DNA of 64,000 nucleotides from Escherichia phage LF82-9. Numbering within the stretch: position 1 is the stretch's first letter; each line of letters starts with the position of its first letter. The stretch lies in the sequence record PV660452; one strand, 5' to 3'. The notes under the pieces were generated by a model. The model had not been told where the DNA came from. It was given only the letters and a program-made list of their open reading frames with translations, and did no database searches. Shown here piece after piece: positions 26,237 through 34,686 of the stretch. The position numbers were made by a program, and so were the translations under genes.

Positions 26237-26695
26237 CTAGATTTTAATCACTGCTTTAGAAGCTTTTCCTGGTAGTCGTTTACTGTTAATAATAGCCATT
26301 CTGCATTGAAGAGTCTTCATTTTGAATGCTGGATTTTCGCGACAAACTGTAAGTCCTAACCAAAGATTTCCATCAGTTATTTCTAAACGGCCTGGGCGAT
26401 ATTCGACACCTTCGACAAAATCTTCATCAACATCTGGACGTGCCGGCATTGATAAAAATTCTGCAACTTCTTTAGCATGATTTTTTACTTTATGAAATAA
26501 TTCAAAAACGTAATTCTCATCTATTTCTCTCTGGATGGCACGATCTAAGAGATGTTGAGAATACTTGATATGAAAGCCTGGTAGTCCAAGAGACTTTGCA
26601 GCATCTTTTATACCGGCATTTATTTTGCGGAACTCCGTTTCAAAGATTCGACGGAGTTTATTACGGCGGATAAAAACTTCCGAATTGATAGTCAT
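26237..26695 (-). CDS. regB: RegB sequence-specific endoribonuclease
   Basis: MTINSEVFIRRNKLRR...HLLDRAIQREIDENYVFELFHK...GRLEITDGNLWLG...QCRMAIINSKRLPGKASKAVIK matches T4 RegB; 152 aa. Confidence 0.9.
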   Translation of the reverse strand: MTINSEVFIRRNKLRRIFETEFRKINAGIKDAAKSLGLPGFHIKYSQHLLDRAIQREIDENYVFELFHKVKNHAKEVAEFLSMPARPDVDEDFVEGVEYRPGRLEITDGNLWLGLTVCRENPAFKMKTLQCRMAIINSKRLPGKASKAVIKI

Positions 26696-26723
26696 TTTGA
26701 TTTCTCCTCTAGTTGACAAGTCT

Positions 26724-26752
26724 ATAGTAACACAACTAGAGGAGAAGTAAAC
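26724..26752 (-). promoter_or_regulatory. Early promoter (GTTTAC-N17-TACTAT) inside a 13-bp stem that pairs the regB RBS with the spacer
   Basis: Inverted repeat TCTCCTCTAGTTG / CAACTAGAGGAGA flanking the -10. Confidence 0.6.
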
Positions 26753-27051
26753 TACTCTTTGAAAGGAATTAACTTTTTAACTGCTTTAGATACTTCGTCA
26801 CGAACCTGATGGAAGTTCTTGAGCTGTTCAAGGCGTTGTTCGTAATACGCAATCTCATCTTCTTCAAGACAATCGTCAGCGTCTTCTTTCAGATATGCCT
26901 TGTACTCATTAAAGAGGGCCCATAGGCGGTTCTCAAAGTCATCAAGGCTTTGAATTTTCTTGTGCTTCGGAACAAGGCCAAAAGGATTGCTTTCAGTTAT
27001 GCGTCTAGATGCTTCATAATGAGTTCCAAAGCCTGATAGGATTTGAGCCAT
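26752..27051 (-). CDS. Hypothetical protein (99 aa)
   Basis: ORF track. Confidence 0.5.
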   Translation of the reverse strand: MAQILSGFGTHYEASRRITESNPFGLVPKHKKIQSLDDFENRLWALFNEYKAYLKEDADDCLEEDEIAYYEQRLEQLKNFHQVRDEVSKAVKKLIPFKE

Positions 27052-27317
27052 TAGTATTTTTCCTCAGGTCGAAATACTGCACGACAGGCCCACATGCTGG
27101 CTTCTTTTAGATGTTGCTTAGCATACTTAAGAGCCTGTACTGCATCCATATCTTCTTTGGTTTGTTGCTCTGTTTCATTTTCTTTCAAGATATATGCTTC
27201 TTCAATCAGAGCATCAAACAACAATCCAAGACGGACTTCTGCATCTTTAATAGCGTTCACTTTACCGATTTTATCGTCGGTATGCGGCTTGTAGCCTTTG
27301 ATGTCTTCAATCGACAT
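27051..27317 (-). CDS. Hypothetical protein (88 aa) at the T4 vs.4 position; possible Acb2-type cyclic-nucleotide sponge, not verified
   Basis: ATG at 27317 with SD GAGGAA; synteny only (regB, vs.3, vs.4 ... glycyl-radical ORF). Confidence 0.4.
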   Translation of the reverse strand: MSIEDIKGYKPHTDDKIGKVNAIKDAEVRLGLLFDALIEEAYILKENETEQQTKEDMDAVQALKYAKQHLKEASMWACRAVFRPEEKY

Positions 27318-27531
27318 AAGGAATTTCCTCATCGGTGACAAGGTCATATTCGACCAATTGGATAGGCTCGTTAATACCATATCCACGTACAGTGATATCG
27401 GTTGTCGGATATTTTCCAGTAATATCACCCATTCTAAATGCTTCAGTGAATGATTGCTCACCTGAGCAACTAAACCAGGCGGCAAAACATTTTAAAACAT
27501 CTTCAGACCCTTCTATAATCAATTTAGCCAT
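27307..27531 (-). CDS. Hypothetical protein (74 aa)
   Basis: ORF track. Confidence 0.45.
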   Translation of the reverse strand: MAKLIIEGSEDVLKCFAAWFSCSGEQSFTEAFRMGDITGKYPTTDITVRGYGINEPIQLVEYDLVTDEEIPYVD

Positions 27532-27893
27532 TATAGACTCTCAGTAAAGGTACGAGCGATAACGTCGCGCTGCTGTTCCGGAGTCAGAGAGTTAAAGCGA
27601 ACTGCATAACCGGATACACGAATGGTCAGCTGAGGATATTTTTCCGGATGCTTAACTGCATCTTCCAGAGTTTCACGACGCAGAACGTTAACGTTCAGGT
27701 GTTGACCACCTTCAATTTTAACTTTAGGTTGATGTTCAATTTCAATTTCACGGGCATGTAAACCGTAGAAAATTTCCGGGTCTACAATAGCGTCTTCTTT
27801 AAAAGTCTTAGAGACGATAATCCGGGCTTGAGTACCATCTTCAAAATAAATAGTGCCTTTATGTACACCTTCAAGAATTTGATATGCTTTCAT
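27531..27893 (-). CDS. Autonomous glycyl-radical cofactor (GrcA/YfiD-like; T4 Y06I-type)
   Basis: C-terminal ~65 aa ...[60 protein letters not shown] carry the RVSGY glycyl-radical motif and match E. coli YfiD/PflB C-termini from memory; N-terminal half unrelated. Confidence 0.8.
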   Translation of the reverse strand: MKAYQILEGVHKGTIYFEDGTQARIIVSKTFKEDAIVDPEIFYGLHAREIEIEHQPKVKIEGGQHLNVNVLRRETLEDAVKHPEKYPQLTIRVSGYAVRFNSLTPEQQRDVIARTFTESL

Positions 27894-27899
27894 ATAACC

Positions 27900-28208
27900 T
27901 CAATTAGAAAATAAATTTATCCAAGTTTTTTCTTTAATCAAAAATGGGTCGGAATTAAACGCCATTAAACTTTGAGTGATTAATCCCTTAAACGGCCCAT
28001 CAATAAATTCCATTTTGAAATGCGGAATACTAGTCATCAACCGTGCATTAGGAGCAGTACAAAGAACCTGCTGCCCCGCGAAAGGACCTTTAGTCAAACT
28101 GTATCGTTTAGGTTTAAAATGGTAAATCTCATAATTTTCTACAAGAGCCCTTTTATTGCATACTGGGCTGTTATAACAATATTCAAAAACTTCAATAGTG
28201 GTCATCAT
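27900..28208 (-). CDS. Hypothetical protein (102 aa)
   Basis: ORF track. Confidence 0.45.
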   Translation of the reverse strand: MMTTIEVFEYCYNSPVCNKRALVENYEIYHFKPKRYSLTKGPFAGQQVLCTAPNARLMTSIPHFKMEFIDGPFKGLITQSLMAFNSDPFLIKEKTWINLFSN

Positions 28209-28745
28209 TGCATTCCAATCACAAAAAATTGAGGACGAGCATTACCGCCGATGCAATATTTGCTTTTGCAACAGTGTTGGACTGTTTTAATATGGACATT
28301 GTAAATCTTATCCATATCAGGAGCTTTAATAGGCTCGTCAATTATGTACAGAATACGAGAAAGCGTTAATCCACGGAATTTAGAACCTTCATTGCCAATA
28401 AAACTACGGACAGAATCGGTAAATAAACGGAATCGAATATCATCGCTAGAATAACGAGAAAATTCTTTTTTTAATGTTGCCAGCAGAAATTTTAGCATAG
28501 GCTGAAGTATTAGAAAGAACAATAACTGTTCCACCATCATACAGCCAATTAGCAGCAAAGTTAGTCACAGCAATTGATTTACCTGATTGTCGGCCGCCGT
28601 CTAAACGAAGTGTACAGTACTGCTTGAGTACGTCTTCAAACGGTGGGATATAACCGTTCTTACAAATTTCTTCTACTCTAGCATCAGAATGGTGTGTAAA
28701 AGCATTCATCAGGGATAGATAAGGTCCAGTTAAAAATGTTCTCAT
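28205..28745 (-). pseudogene. P-loop NTPase gene split by a frameshift at an A7 run (Walker A and Walker B in different frames)
   Basis: Frame 1 (28446..28745) ends ...GGRQSGKSIAV...GNIKKRIFSLF*; frame 2 continues ...EFSRYSSDD...ILYIIDEP...; switch at the T7/A7 homopolymer 28476-28482. Confidence 0.5.
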
Positions 28746-28826
28746 TTAGTTTCTCTTTTAGGTTGGGCCATTCCGTGGCGCATGAATTGTCCATTTCTGT
28801 ATTTACCCCTCTAAGTAATTATGAAT

Positions 28827-28856
28827 ATACTATCACAATTCTAGGAGAAAGTAAAC
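28827..28856 (-). promoter_or_regulatory. Early promoter (GTTTAC-N18-TAGTAT)
   Basis: Minus strand GTTTACTTTCTCCTAGAATTGTGATAGTAT. Confidence 0.5.
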
Positions 28857-28858
28857 TG

Positions 28859-29161
28859 TTATTTACCTTTAATTACTTTAGCTGCTTCGATAGCCGCTTG
28901 CTGAAGGTCATCCATAGACATACCGAATTTAGAAGCAAAGTTATCAATTTTCTTTTCGACAGCATTCAAAGGCTTGGCCTGTTTACCTTCATTAGCGCCA
29001 GGAAGAGCGAGAATACGCTCTTTGTCAATATAAAGGCTTACAAGTTTCTTACGGTCTTTATCGGACAAATCATGAAATGAATGGGCCTTTTTATTTATAG
29101 CGGCTTCTAATTTACCTGCACTCACTCGCGCTTCAGTAATAAATTCTTGATATGTTTTCAT
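28859..29161 (-). CDS. Internal-protein-like (IPII/IPIII-type) with N-terminal capsid-targeting leader, 100 aa
   Basis: N-terminus MKTYQEFITEARVSAGKLEAA resembles the T4 internal-protein leader cleaved by the prohead protease. Confidence 0.65.
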   Translation of the reverse strand: MKTYQEFITEARVSAGKLEAAINKKAHSFHDLSDKDRKKLVSLYIDKERILALPGANEGKQAKPLNAVEKKIDNFASKFGMSMDDLQQAAIEAAKVIKGK

Positions 29162-29192
29162 TTTTTGTTTCCTTGTTTGTTTTGATAGAGTA

Positions 29193-29222
29193 ATTATACC
29201 ATATTAATACTTAAGCGTAAAC
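29193..29222 (-). promoter_or_regulatory. Early promoter (GTTTAC-N18-TATAAT)
   Basis: Minus strand GTTTACGCTTAAGTATTAATATGGTATAATTACTCTATCAAAAC. Confidence 0.6.
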
Positions 29223-29225
29223 AAT

Positions 29226-29486
29226 TTAAGCTTTACCGCCAGAAATAATTCCGAAGTTGTTAAAATCGTATCCAATATCGTCAACATCTACTTTAGGATT
29301 TACTACAACATAAGCAATTTCACTACGTTTTGCATAGGTGTTGATTTCTTTACCATCGCCACCTAAGAAAGAATACCCATTACGTTTTAATGAGCCAAAG
29401 TCTTCGGCATCACCAATGAAAGCTTTAACTTTAAATTTAGGACCTTTGGCATCTGCTTCAATGATAAATTCTTGATACATTTTCAT
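29226..29486 (-). CDS. Internal-protein-like with capsid-targeting leader (MKMYQEFIIEA), 86 aa
   Basis: Leader similarity to T4 internal proteins; body unrelated. Confidence 0.55.
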   Translation of the reverse strand: MKMYQEFIIEADAKGPKFKVKAFIGDAEDFGSLKRNGYSFLGGDGKEINTYAKRSEIAYVVVNPKVDVDDIGYDFNNFGIISGGKA

Positions 29487-29492
29487 TTTTCC

Positions 29493-29906
29493 TTAGTAAA
29501 TTGATTTACCATAGTATTTGTACCAAGTAGGACGTTGAGCAATTTTTTCATCTAAGCGTGCTTGACTTATCGCAACGGACGCTTCGGACGGGACATAATT
29601 ATTACGAAATTCGGCAGGGATGTCGGAAATATCCTGGACTGTCGTGTCCTTGATTTTGAAACCACGTTTCAAGCATTCAGCGATTAGCTCGATTTGTCGT
29701 AAACGTAAAAATTCAAGTTTGTCGTAAAAGAATGTTACGTGACCTGTGCCTAAGATAAATGTTGGAGAGATTTTAAAATCCTTTACACGTTTACCGTTTT
29801 GGACATGTTTACGGACTGCACTAAATACGCGTGGTAATTCACGATACTCAGCCATAAGATGTTGATCGGTCAGTTCAGAAACAAGTGTTAAATTGATACG
29901 AGTCAT
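29493..29906 (-). CDS. denV: Endonuclease V (pyrimidine-dimer DNA glycosylase) DenV
   Basis: [28 protein letters not shown]...[22 protein letters not shown] matches T4 DenV; 137 aa from ATG at 29906. Confidence 0.92.
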   Translation of the reverse strand: MTRINLTLVSELTDQHLMAEYRELPRVFSAVRKHVQNGKRVKDFKISPTFILGTGHVTFFYDKLEFLRLRQIELIAECLKRGFKIKDTTVQDISDIPAEFRNNYVPSEASVAISQARLDEKIAQRPTWYKYYGKSIY

Positions 29907-29933
29907 AATTTCCTCCAAGTAGTTGATGAATGT

Positions 29934-29963
29934 ATAGTATCAAAACCCTTGGAGGAAGTAAAC
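29934..29963 (-). promoter_or_regulatory. Early promoter (GTTTAC-N18-TACTAT) with CCTCCAAG/CTTGGAGG stem
   Basis: Inverted repeat pairs the denV RBS region with the promoter spacer. Confidence 0.6.
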
Positions 29964-29964
29964 A

Positions 29965-30246
29965 CTATTTTTCTGAAGCGCCTGAAATATATTTTTCAAG
30001 ACGTTGTTTCATCAGCGAGCCGTTCTTAGCGATTTCTTCCGGTTTATCGCACATACGTAACAAGGCTTCAAGCTTAGCGATATCGCTGGTACGTTCAAAT
30101 TTGCGAGTATCTATCTTACTAGCAAGTTCAGAAATACGTGCTAATAGACTTTCGGCTTCAACCAAAGCTGCACCTAGCTTAGTTGCAAATGTGTCAGTAG
30201 CTTCGTTAAGAATAGATTCTGATAAAAATTCACTATATGTTTTCAT
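29965..30246 (-). CDS. Internal-protein-like with capsid-targeting leader ([11 protein letters not shown]), 93 aa
   Basis: ATG at 30246 overlaps the lysozyme stop (ATGA); leader similarity. Confidence 0.55.
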   Translation of the reverse strand: MKTYSEFLSESILNEATDTFATKLGAALVEAESLLARISELASKIDTRKFERTSDIAKLEALLRMCDKPEEIAKNGSLMKQRLEKYISGASEK

Positions 30247-30731
30247 ATATACGCTTTCCAAGTTCCTGTTTTAAATGTTGAGATTACGCGTTTCGCGCGA
30301 TTAGGTGTCTGACGATACCATTTAGATTGGGCGAGATTTACTGCCGCTTCATCCCAACGTTTCTGTTGAAGCATACGAAGAGAATTAGTAAAACCAGCAA
30401 CGCCTGCTACACCCATTTGGAAGACCATATTGACCAATGCACACCGACGAACTGCATCTAAAGAATCATATACCGGTTTAAGTTTAGCATTACCCAAGAT
30501 TCCGCGAACGGCTTTATCGACGTCTTCATTAAATAGCTTTTCAGCCTCATCAAGGGTAATTGTACCGTTGCATTTACGACCGATCATTCTGTCAAGTTCA
30601 GCTTTAGCTACGGCTAAAGACGGGTTCTTTGTTACCAAGTGGCCTATGCCAATCGTCCAAAAGCCTTCAGTGTCTTTGTATAAAGTCAGTCTAAGACCTT
30701 CGTCATTACGAAGCATTTCAAATATATTCAT
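30243..30731 (-). CDS. e: Lysozyme (endolysin) e
   Basis: [32 protein letters not shown]...[22 protein letters not shown] matches T4 lysozyme; SD GGGAGG. Confidence 0.93.
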   Translation of the reverse strand: MNIFEMLRNDEGLRLTLYKDTEGFWTIGIGHLVTKNPSLAVAKAELDRMIGRKCNGTITLDEAEKLFNEDVDKAVRGILGNAKLKPVYDSLDAVRRCALVNMVFQMGVAGVAGFTNSLRMLQQKRWDEAAVNLAQSKWYRQTPNRAKRVISTFKTGTWKAYI

Positions 30732-30763
30732 AATACCTCCCACGTTTATAGGAGGTATTTATT
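30732..30763 (-). promoter_or_regulatory. RBS-sequestering hairpin of the lysozyme gene with an embedded late-promoter-like TATAAACG
   Basis: 9-bp inverted repeat AATACCTCC/GGAGGTATT covers the e Shine-Dalgarno; TATAAACG lies in the loop. Confidence 0.55.
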
Positions 30764-30765
30764 AC

Positions 30766-31224
30766 TTATAGGATGGTAGTGAGCACCTTATATAATGATT
30801 TGCCCATTACATATTCCCATTGAGAAGGTTTAATTAAAGCGAATGCATCAAATTCAGGAATCTGTCGTCCGTCCTGGAATGTATGATATGAATTACAAAC
30901 ACTGTTTCTGAATTGCTCGTGCTCTACAGGGATGGTATATAGGAACAGATGAATATTCTTATTGTCTGAGTAATGATGTTCACCTAGGTCTTTCAGGAAG
31001 GCAGGGTCATATTGTGTAAACCCAGTTTCTTCTTCGCATTCACGAATAGCGGCTTCGATAGGAGATTCGCCAGGTTCGACACGGCCTTTAGGAATATCCC
31101 ACCGATGAGCTAATGCACCTTTAGGACGAGAACCAGTTACACGACCCATGAATAATTCTTTATCTTTTGTCATGAAGATAATACCGGCTGATAGTTCTTT
31201 CACTTTATTTTTCTTACTCATCAT
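30766..31224 (-). CDS. Nudix hydrolase (T4 e.1/NudE-like)
   Basis: Nudix box GRVEPGESPIEAAIRECEEETG. Confidence 0.8.
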   Translation of the reverse strand: MMSKKNKVKELSAGIIFMTKDKELFMGRVTGSRPKGALAHRWDIPKGRVEPGESPIEAAIRECEEETGFTQYDPAFLKDLGEHHYSDNKNIHLFLYTIPVEHEQFRNSVCNSYHTFQDGRQIPEFDAFALIKPSQWEYVMGKSLYKVLTTIL

Positions 31225-31465
31225 CTCGGTCCCATGATTTGGCCATTAATTCGGACATAAATTCTTCAATACGCGTTTCTTTAGATGGACTTTCACTATT
31301 AGAGACCGCAAGTTTGTAATCTGCAATAGGACTGAACAAATCAAGGTCCGTATTAAGGTCGTCTTTGATTTTTTCTTCTGACACATCTTTATCATATGTG
31401 TACAGATAACTATCACATGATTCTGATTTAATGTAAATTGCTATACTCATCTCAAATTCCTGCAT
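31214..31465 (-). CDS. Hypothetical acidic protein (83 aa or shorter)
   Basis: ORF track; internal ATG MSIAIY has the better RBS. Confidence 0.45.
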   Translation of the reverse strand: MQEFEMSIAIYIKSESCDSYLYTYDKDVSEEKIKDDLNTDLDLFSPIADYKLAVSNSESPSKETRIEEFMSELMAKSWDRDDE

Positions 31466-31830
31466 TCGGTAATAAAACGTTCAACTTCGTTATTCTTGGC
31501 CTTTATCTTGTCTTTACGTTCCTGTAAACTACTTTTAACAAGATTAATAATGATGCCTATAGTACCTCCACCAATTATACCACCAATTATACTTACGATA
31601 GTAGATGCCAATAAGATAGCGATAATATCTGGTATGGCAAAGGCACTTACTTTAGTACTAAAAAACCATACCGACGGTACAAATATAATCCATCCTGTTA
31701 TCCATTGGCACTTATTGAAAAACTTTTCAAGATCAGCTTGAGTTGTTCGTATTACTTCATCGATAGGTTGATATCCATTAATGTATCTGTTCACGATAAT
31801 ACCTTCGTTGCCATCGTCTATATTAACCAA
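31447..31830 (-). CDS. Hypothetical membrane protein (127 aa) ending in the FITECR junction motif
   Basis: Two hydrophobic helices; C-terminus ...ERFITECRNLR. Confidence 0.5.
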   Translation of the reverse strand: MVNIDDGNEGIIVNRYINGYQPIDEVIRTTQADLEKFFNKCQWITGWIIFVPSVWFFSTKVSAFAIPDIIAILLASTIVSIIGGIIGGGTIGIIINLVKSSLQERKDKIKAKNNEVERFITECRNLR

Positions 31831-31846
31831 TATGTTTTGTTAATCA

Positions 31847-32533
31847 TTACCAGCCTTCCATAGGGAATTCCAGATAAACTTGGGCATTGACGCGAATTTC
31901 ATTGGTAATCTTTTTAACTCGGTCTGTATTACGAGATACACGTCCGAACCAACGCCATCCATTACTAATTGCACGAGAACCAGTGTGCCATGTTTGCCAA
32001 TCAAACTGAAGAAGAGTACGGTCTGGAGCTTCCCATTTCTCTAGTTCACCTTTTTCAATTTTTTCGAGGACTTCTTTGTGCCATTGGCGATAGATAAGTT
32101 CGCCATCAGGAATCTGACTGAACTCTGCAGTTCCTGTTGCAAAATGAGTAGGACACACGTCAGCGTTAACAAGACCAAGAATATGTTCAGACAAATAGCG
32201 AGGATTGTCATAGTCAGGTTGTCCTGCAGTAATAAAATGTTGACCAACCGGAATATCCGGGCGTGGTACATCATCATGGTGATAACCTGGGATAGCAGGG
32301 TACCAACCAGGCATCAGCATGTGGACTCGTGAATCAAATACAACCTGGTCGGTGTTCCAATCATCCGGCAAGTTCATGATGAAGCTGCGAGTAATAGGAC
32401 CGCCGTTATTATAAGCAAATTCTAAACTACAGTTGAAGAACATAGGCTCGTTCTTGATTTTATCATTAGAAATACCGCCGGCAAAACCACCTACTGCACG
32501 AGCTTGACTATTAAACACTTTAGAACTATTCAT
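31847..32533 (-). CDS. Hypothetical protein (228 aa), H/W-rich
   Basis: ORF track; SD GAGGAAAATAAT upstream. Confidence 0.55.
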   Translation of the reverse strand: MNSSKVFNSQARAVGGFAGGISNDKIKNEPMFFNCSLEFAYNNGGPITRSFIMNLPDDWNTDQVVFDSRVHMLMPGWYPAIPGYHHDDVPRPDIPVGQHFITAGQPDYDNPRYLSEHILGLVNADVCPTHFATGTAEFSQIPDGELIYRQWHKEVLEKIEKGELEKWEAPDRTLLQFDWQTWHTGSRAISNGWRWFGRVSRNTDRVKKITNEIRVNAQVYLEFPMEGW

Positions 32534-32534
32534 A

Positions 32535-32840
32535 TTATTTTCCTCGACATTCTTTAATGAAATTTTCTAGATTGGTAGATTCAATAGCTTTTTTACGAGC
32601 TTCTGCATGTTCTTCTTCAGACAATTTACATTTATAATTAACCCAGACGTTATGGTCAAAACTAGTCGTGGCATATAATAACAAAGCCCCGACGAATAAT
32701 AAAAATGGCGATAAGAATACAAAACCAGGAACACCATCCATATCGTAAGCCTTTTGTAATACTGCAACAGAAAGAGCTGCGTAAAAAAGTGATACAAATA
32801 TTGTTAAAAGACCAATTCGGTTGGTTTCTGTTAATTTCAT
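32535..32840 (-). CDS. Hypothetical membrane protein (101 aa) ending in ENFIKECRGK
   Basis: Two hydrophobic helices; shared C-terminal motif. Confidence 0.5.
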   Translation of the reverse strand: MKLTETNRIGLLTIFVSLFYAALSVAVLQKAYDMDGVPGFVFLSPFLLFVGALLLYATTSFDHNVWVNYKCKLSEEEHAEARKKAIESTNLENFIKECRGK

Positions 32841-32868
32841 AATATTCTCCTCATGTTTTAATAGGACT

Positions 32869-32898
32869 ACTATAACATAGTCCTATAATTGTGTAAAC
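32869..32898 (-). promoter_or_regulatory. Early-promoter cassette (GTTTAC; ATAGGACTA/TAGTCCTAT stem)
   Basis: Minus strand GTTTACACAATTATAGGACTATGTTATAGTAGTCCTATT. Confidence 0.5.
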
Positions 32899-32910
32899 AG
32901 TTTTGTGAAA

Positions 32911-33867
32911 TTATTTGAAAGGTTTTACCATATGAAAGTTTTGTTTGAAACGCTTGACGTAATCGTCGTGTCCTAAGCTTTGGTACATACTTACTACTTT
33001 GCTATAATTTTCCCAAGCGAACTCACGGAACCATCCTGATGTGATTGATGTACAGACCTTTTCAAGGGCCATCATAAAACTATCACGTGGATGGATTTCA
33101 AAGTTATTAGGAATCTGAGAACGTTCTAACGCTAGTACACATGATTCTTCGTATACGCCGGCCAATTTGACCATTTCTGGTAATGATTCGAACTTCTCGC
33201 GTGAGGTCATGACTTCAGAACCATCTTTCATATAAAATGTATACGCTGGACGGTCCGTTAGTGCAATGGCTTCGTGAATAGTATCATGGTCATACGTATA
33301 GATGTCATCTTTAAAGAATGCGCTTTTAGAAGTGTCAAGAACTGGGTGAGCATAGTTCAAGGTTTCTTTCTGGCGTTTCAGCATAATTTCATTAAGTTCA
33401 TCGTTCAGTGTAACACCTTTACCACGAAGATACTGAATATGGTTCATAGTCTTTAAAAAGAATGGATTATTTTTCTTGAAACGATGGGACATCTTAATTG
33501 CAAGGCACATCTCAGGAGTTGCCCAGTAAAACCCGTTCAAACGGTCTTTAGTCAAATTTTTCTTGGCGTATTTTAAAAGGTCATAAGAAGACGTGAAATC
33601 TTCAGGAGTGAGTTCACCGACTAATTCACGGACATTAGTGATTGCCGGAACAATATATGCTTCAAAATGAGTTTCGCGCCCATTATGGAAGCATTTGAAA
33701 ACTTGGACATCAGGGTTATCTTGGTGAACATATACACCCATCATTTGATTTTTGAATGCATTCCAAGAACCTTGGTCCGCAATAAAGTCCCAATCACTAT
33801 TTTTAATAGCGCTAGAATCAATAAGACCGTGATAGTGAAGTGCACGAGAACCAATAACTAACATCAT
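32911..33867 (-). CDS. Hypothetical protein (318 aa) with nucleotidyltransferase-like N-terminal motif
   Basis: N-terminus MMLVIGSRALHYHGLIDSSAIKNSDWDFIAD (GS ... SDWDF); spacing longer than canonical, assignment tentative. Confidence 0.5.
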   Translation of the reverse strand: MMLVIGSRALHYHGLIDSSAIKNSDWDFIADQGSWNAFKNQMMGVYVHQDNPDVQVFKCFHNGRETHFEAYIVPAITNVRELVGELTPEDFTSSYDLLKYAKKNLTKDRLNGFYWATPEMCLAIKMSHRFKKNNPFFLKTMNHIQYLRGKGVTLNDELNEIMLKRQKETLNYAHPVLDTSKSAFFKDDIYTYDHDTIHEAIALTDRPAYTFYMKDGSEVMTSREKFESLPEMVKLAGVYEESCVLALERSQIPNNFEIHPRDSFMMALEKVCTSITSGWFREFAWENYSKVVSMYQSLGHDDYVKRFKQNFHMVKPFK

Positions 33868-33895
33868 AATATTTTCCTCGGATTAATTCATTAAC

Positions 33896-34147
33896 TTAAA
33901 TTTCACGACATGCGATATTATATTCATCCCAGAGGTCATCATGTGAAGCCTCTACCAATGGAACGATTGTACCGTTTATGTCTTCATTATAAGGGCAAAT
34001 TGTACAGTGCGCATCTTCGAATCGGATGCCTTTGTGTTCAGATTTTTTATAACGCATATCGAATATCTTTGCAAACTTTTCACGAGTAATGGTTTTACCA
34101 ACCACTTTGGTTCCGATACTTTCGTAATAAATCATTGTGGACTCCAT
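33896..34147 (-). CDS. Hypothetical protein (83 aa)
   Basis: ORF track. Confidence 0.45.
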   Translation of the reverse strand: MESTMIYYESIGTKVVGKTITREKFAKIFDMRYKKSEHKGIRFEDAHCTICPYNEDINGTIVPLVEASHDDLWDEYNIACREI

Positions 34148-34163
34148 TTGTTTTGATAGGACT

Positions 34164-34193
34164 ACTATAACATAGCCCTATCTTGTTGTAAAC
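34164..34193 (-). promoter_or_regulatory. Early-promoter cassette (GTTTAC; ATAGGACTA / TAGCCCTAT stem)
   Basis: Near-duplicate of the cassette at 32869-32898. Confidence 0.5.
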
Positions 34194-34197
34194 TGTT

Positions 34198-34395
34198 TTA
34201 GCAAGAATAACTAGATGATACCCAGCCTTGAACAGTGATACTATTGTGGGATAATGAGATCGCGTCCTGGAGATTCAGACCTGCGTTATCTTCAATCCAT
34301 AATGTAACTTCTTCGCGTTCTTCTGTTGCAATTTGGAACAGGTTTTCCAGAGCAGCTACTGCCGTACGTACAGCACAATCTAATTCACGAGACAT
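34198..34395 (-). CDS. Hypothetical protein (65 aa)
   Basis: ORF track. Confidence 0.4.
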   Translation of the reverse strand: MSRELDCAVRTAVAALENLFQIATEEREEVTLWIEDNAGLNLQDAISLSHNSITVQGWVSSSYSC

Positions 34396-34404
34396 ATGAT
34401 TTCC

Positions 34405-34677
34405 TTAGCATTCCATAGAAGATGCAACCCAACCACCTGATTCGAGGCTGGTGTAATATGAGTGTTGGTTGACAGTGGCCCAATTCGGATTGCCTTGTTC
34501 GGTATAATGCTCAAGTTCTTTTTTCAAGAATCCAGGAGAATAATACGTTCCACCCATACCATAAGCTGGATACAAGTCGAATGTTGTGTTTTGTTTATCA
34601 GCAATTTCTTTGGCAGCCTCAATAGCTGCATAGATTTTTGCTACAGCTTCAGCCAGTTCGGTTTGTTCTTTAGACAT
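34405..34677 (-). CDS. Hypothetical protein (90 aa); paralog of the next gene (shared C-terminus GGWVASSMEC)
   Basis: Both start MSK..., share YYSPG/YYPKG and end WVASS-x-x-C. Confidence 0.5.
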   Translation of the reverse strand: MSKEQTELAEAVAKIYAAIEAAKEIADKQNTTFDLYPAYGMGGTYYSPGFLKKELEHYTEQGNPNWATVNQHSYYTSLESGGWVASSMEC

Positions 34678-34686
34678 AATGATTCC

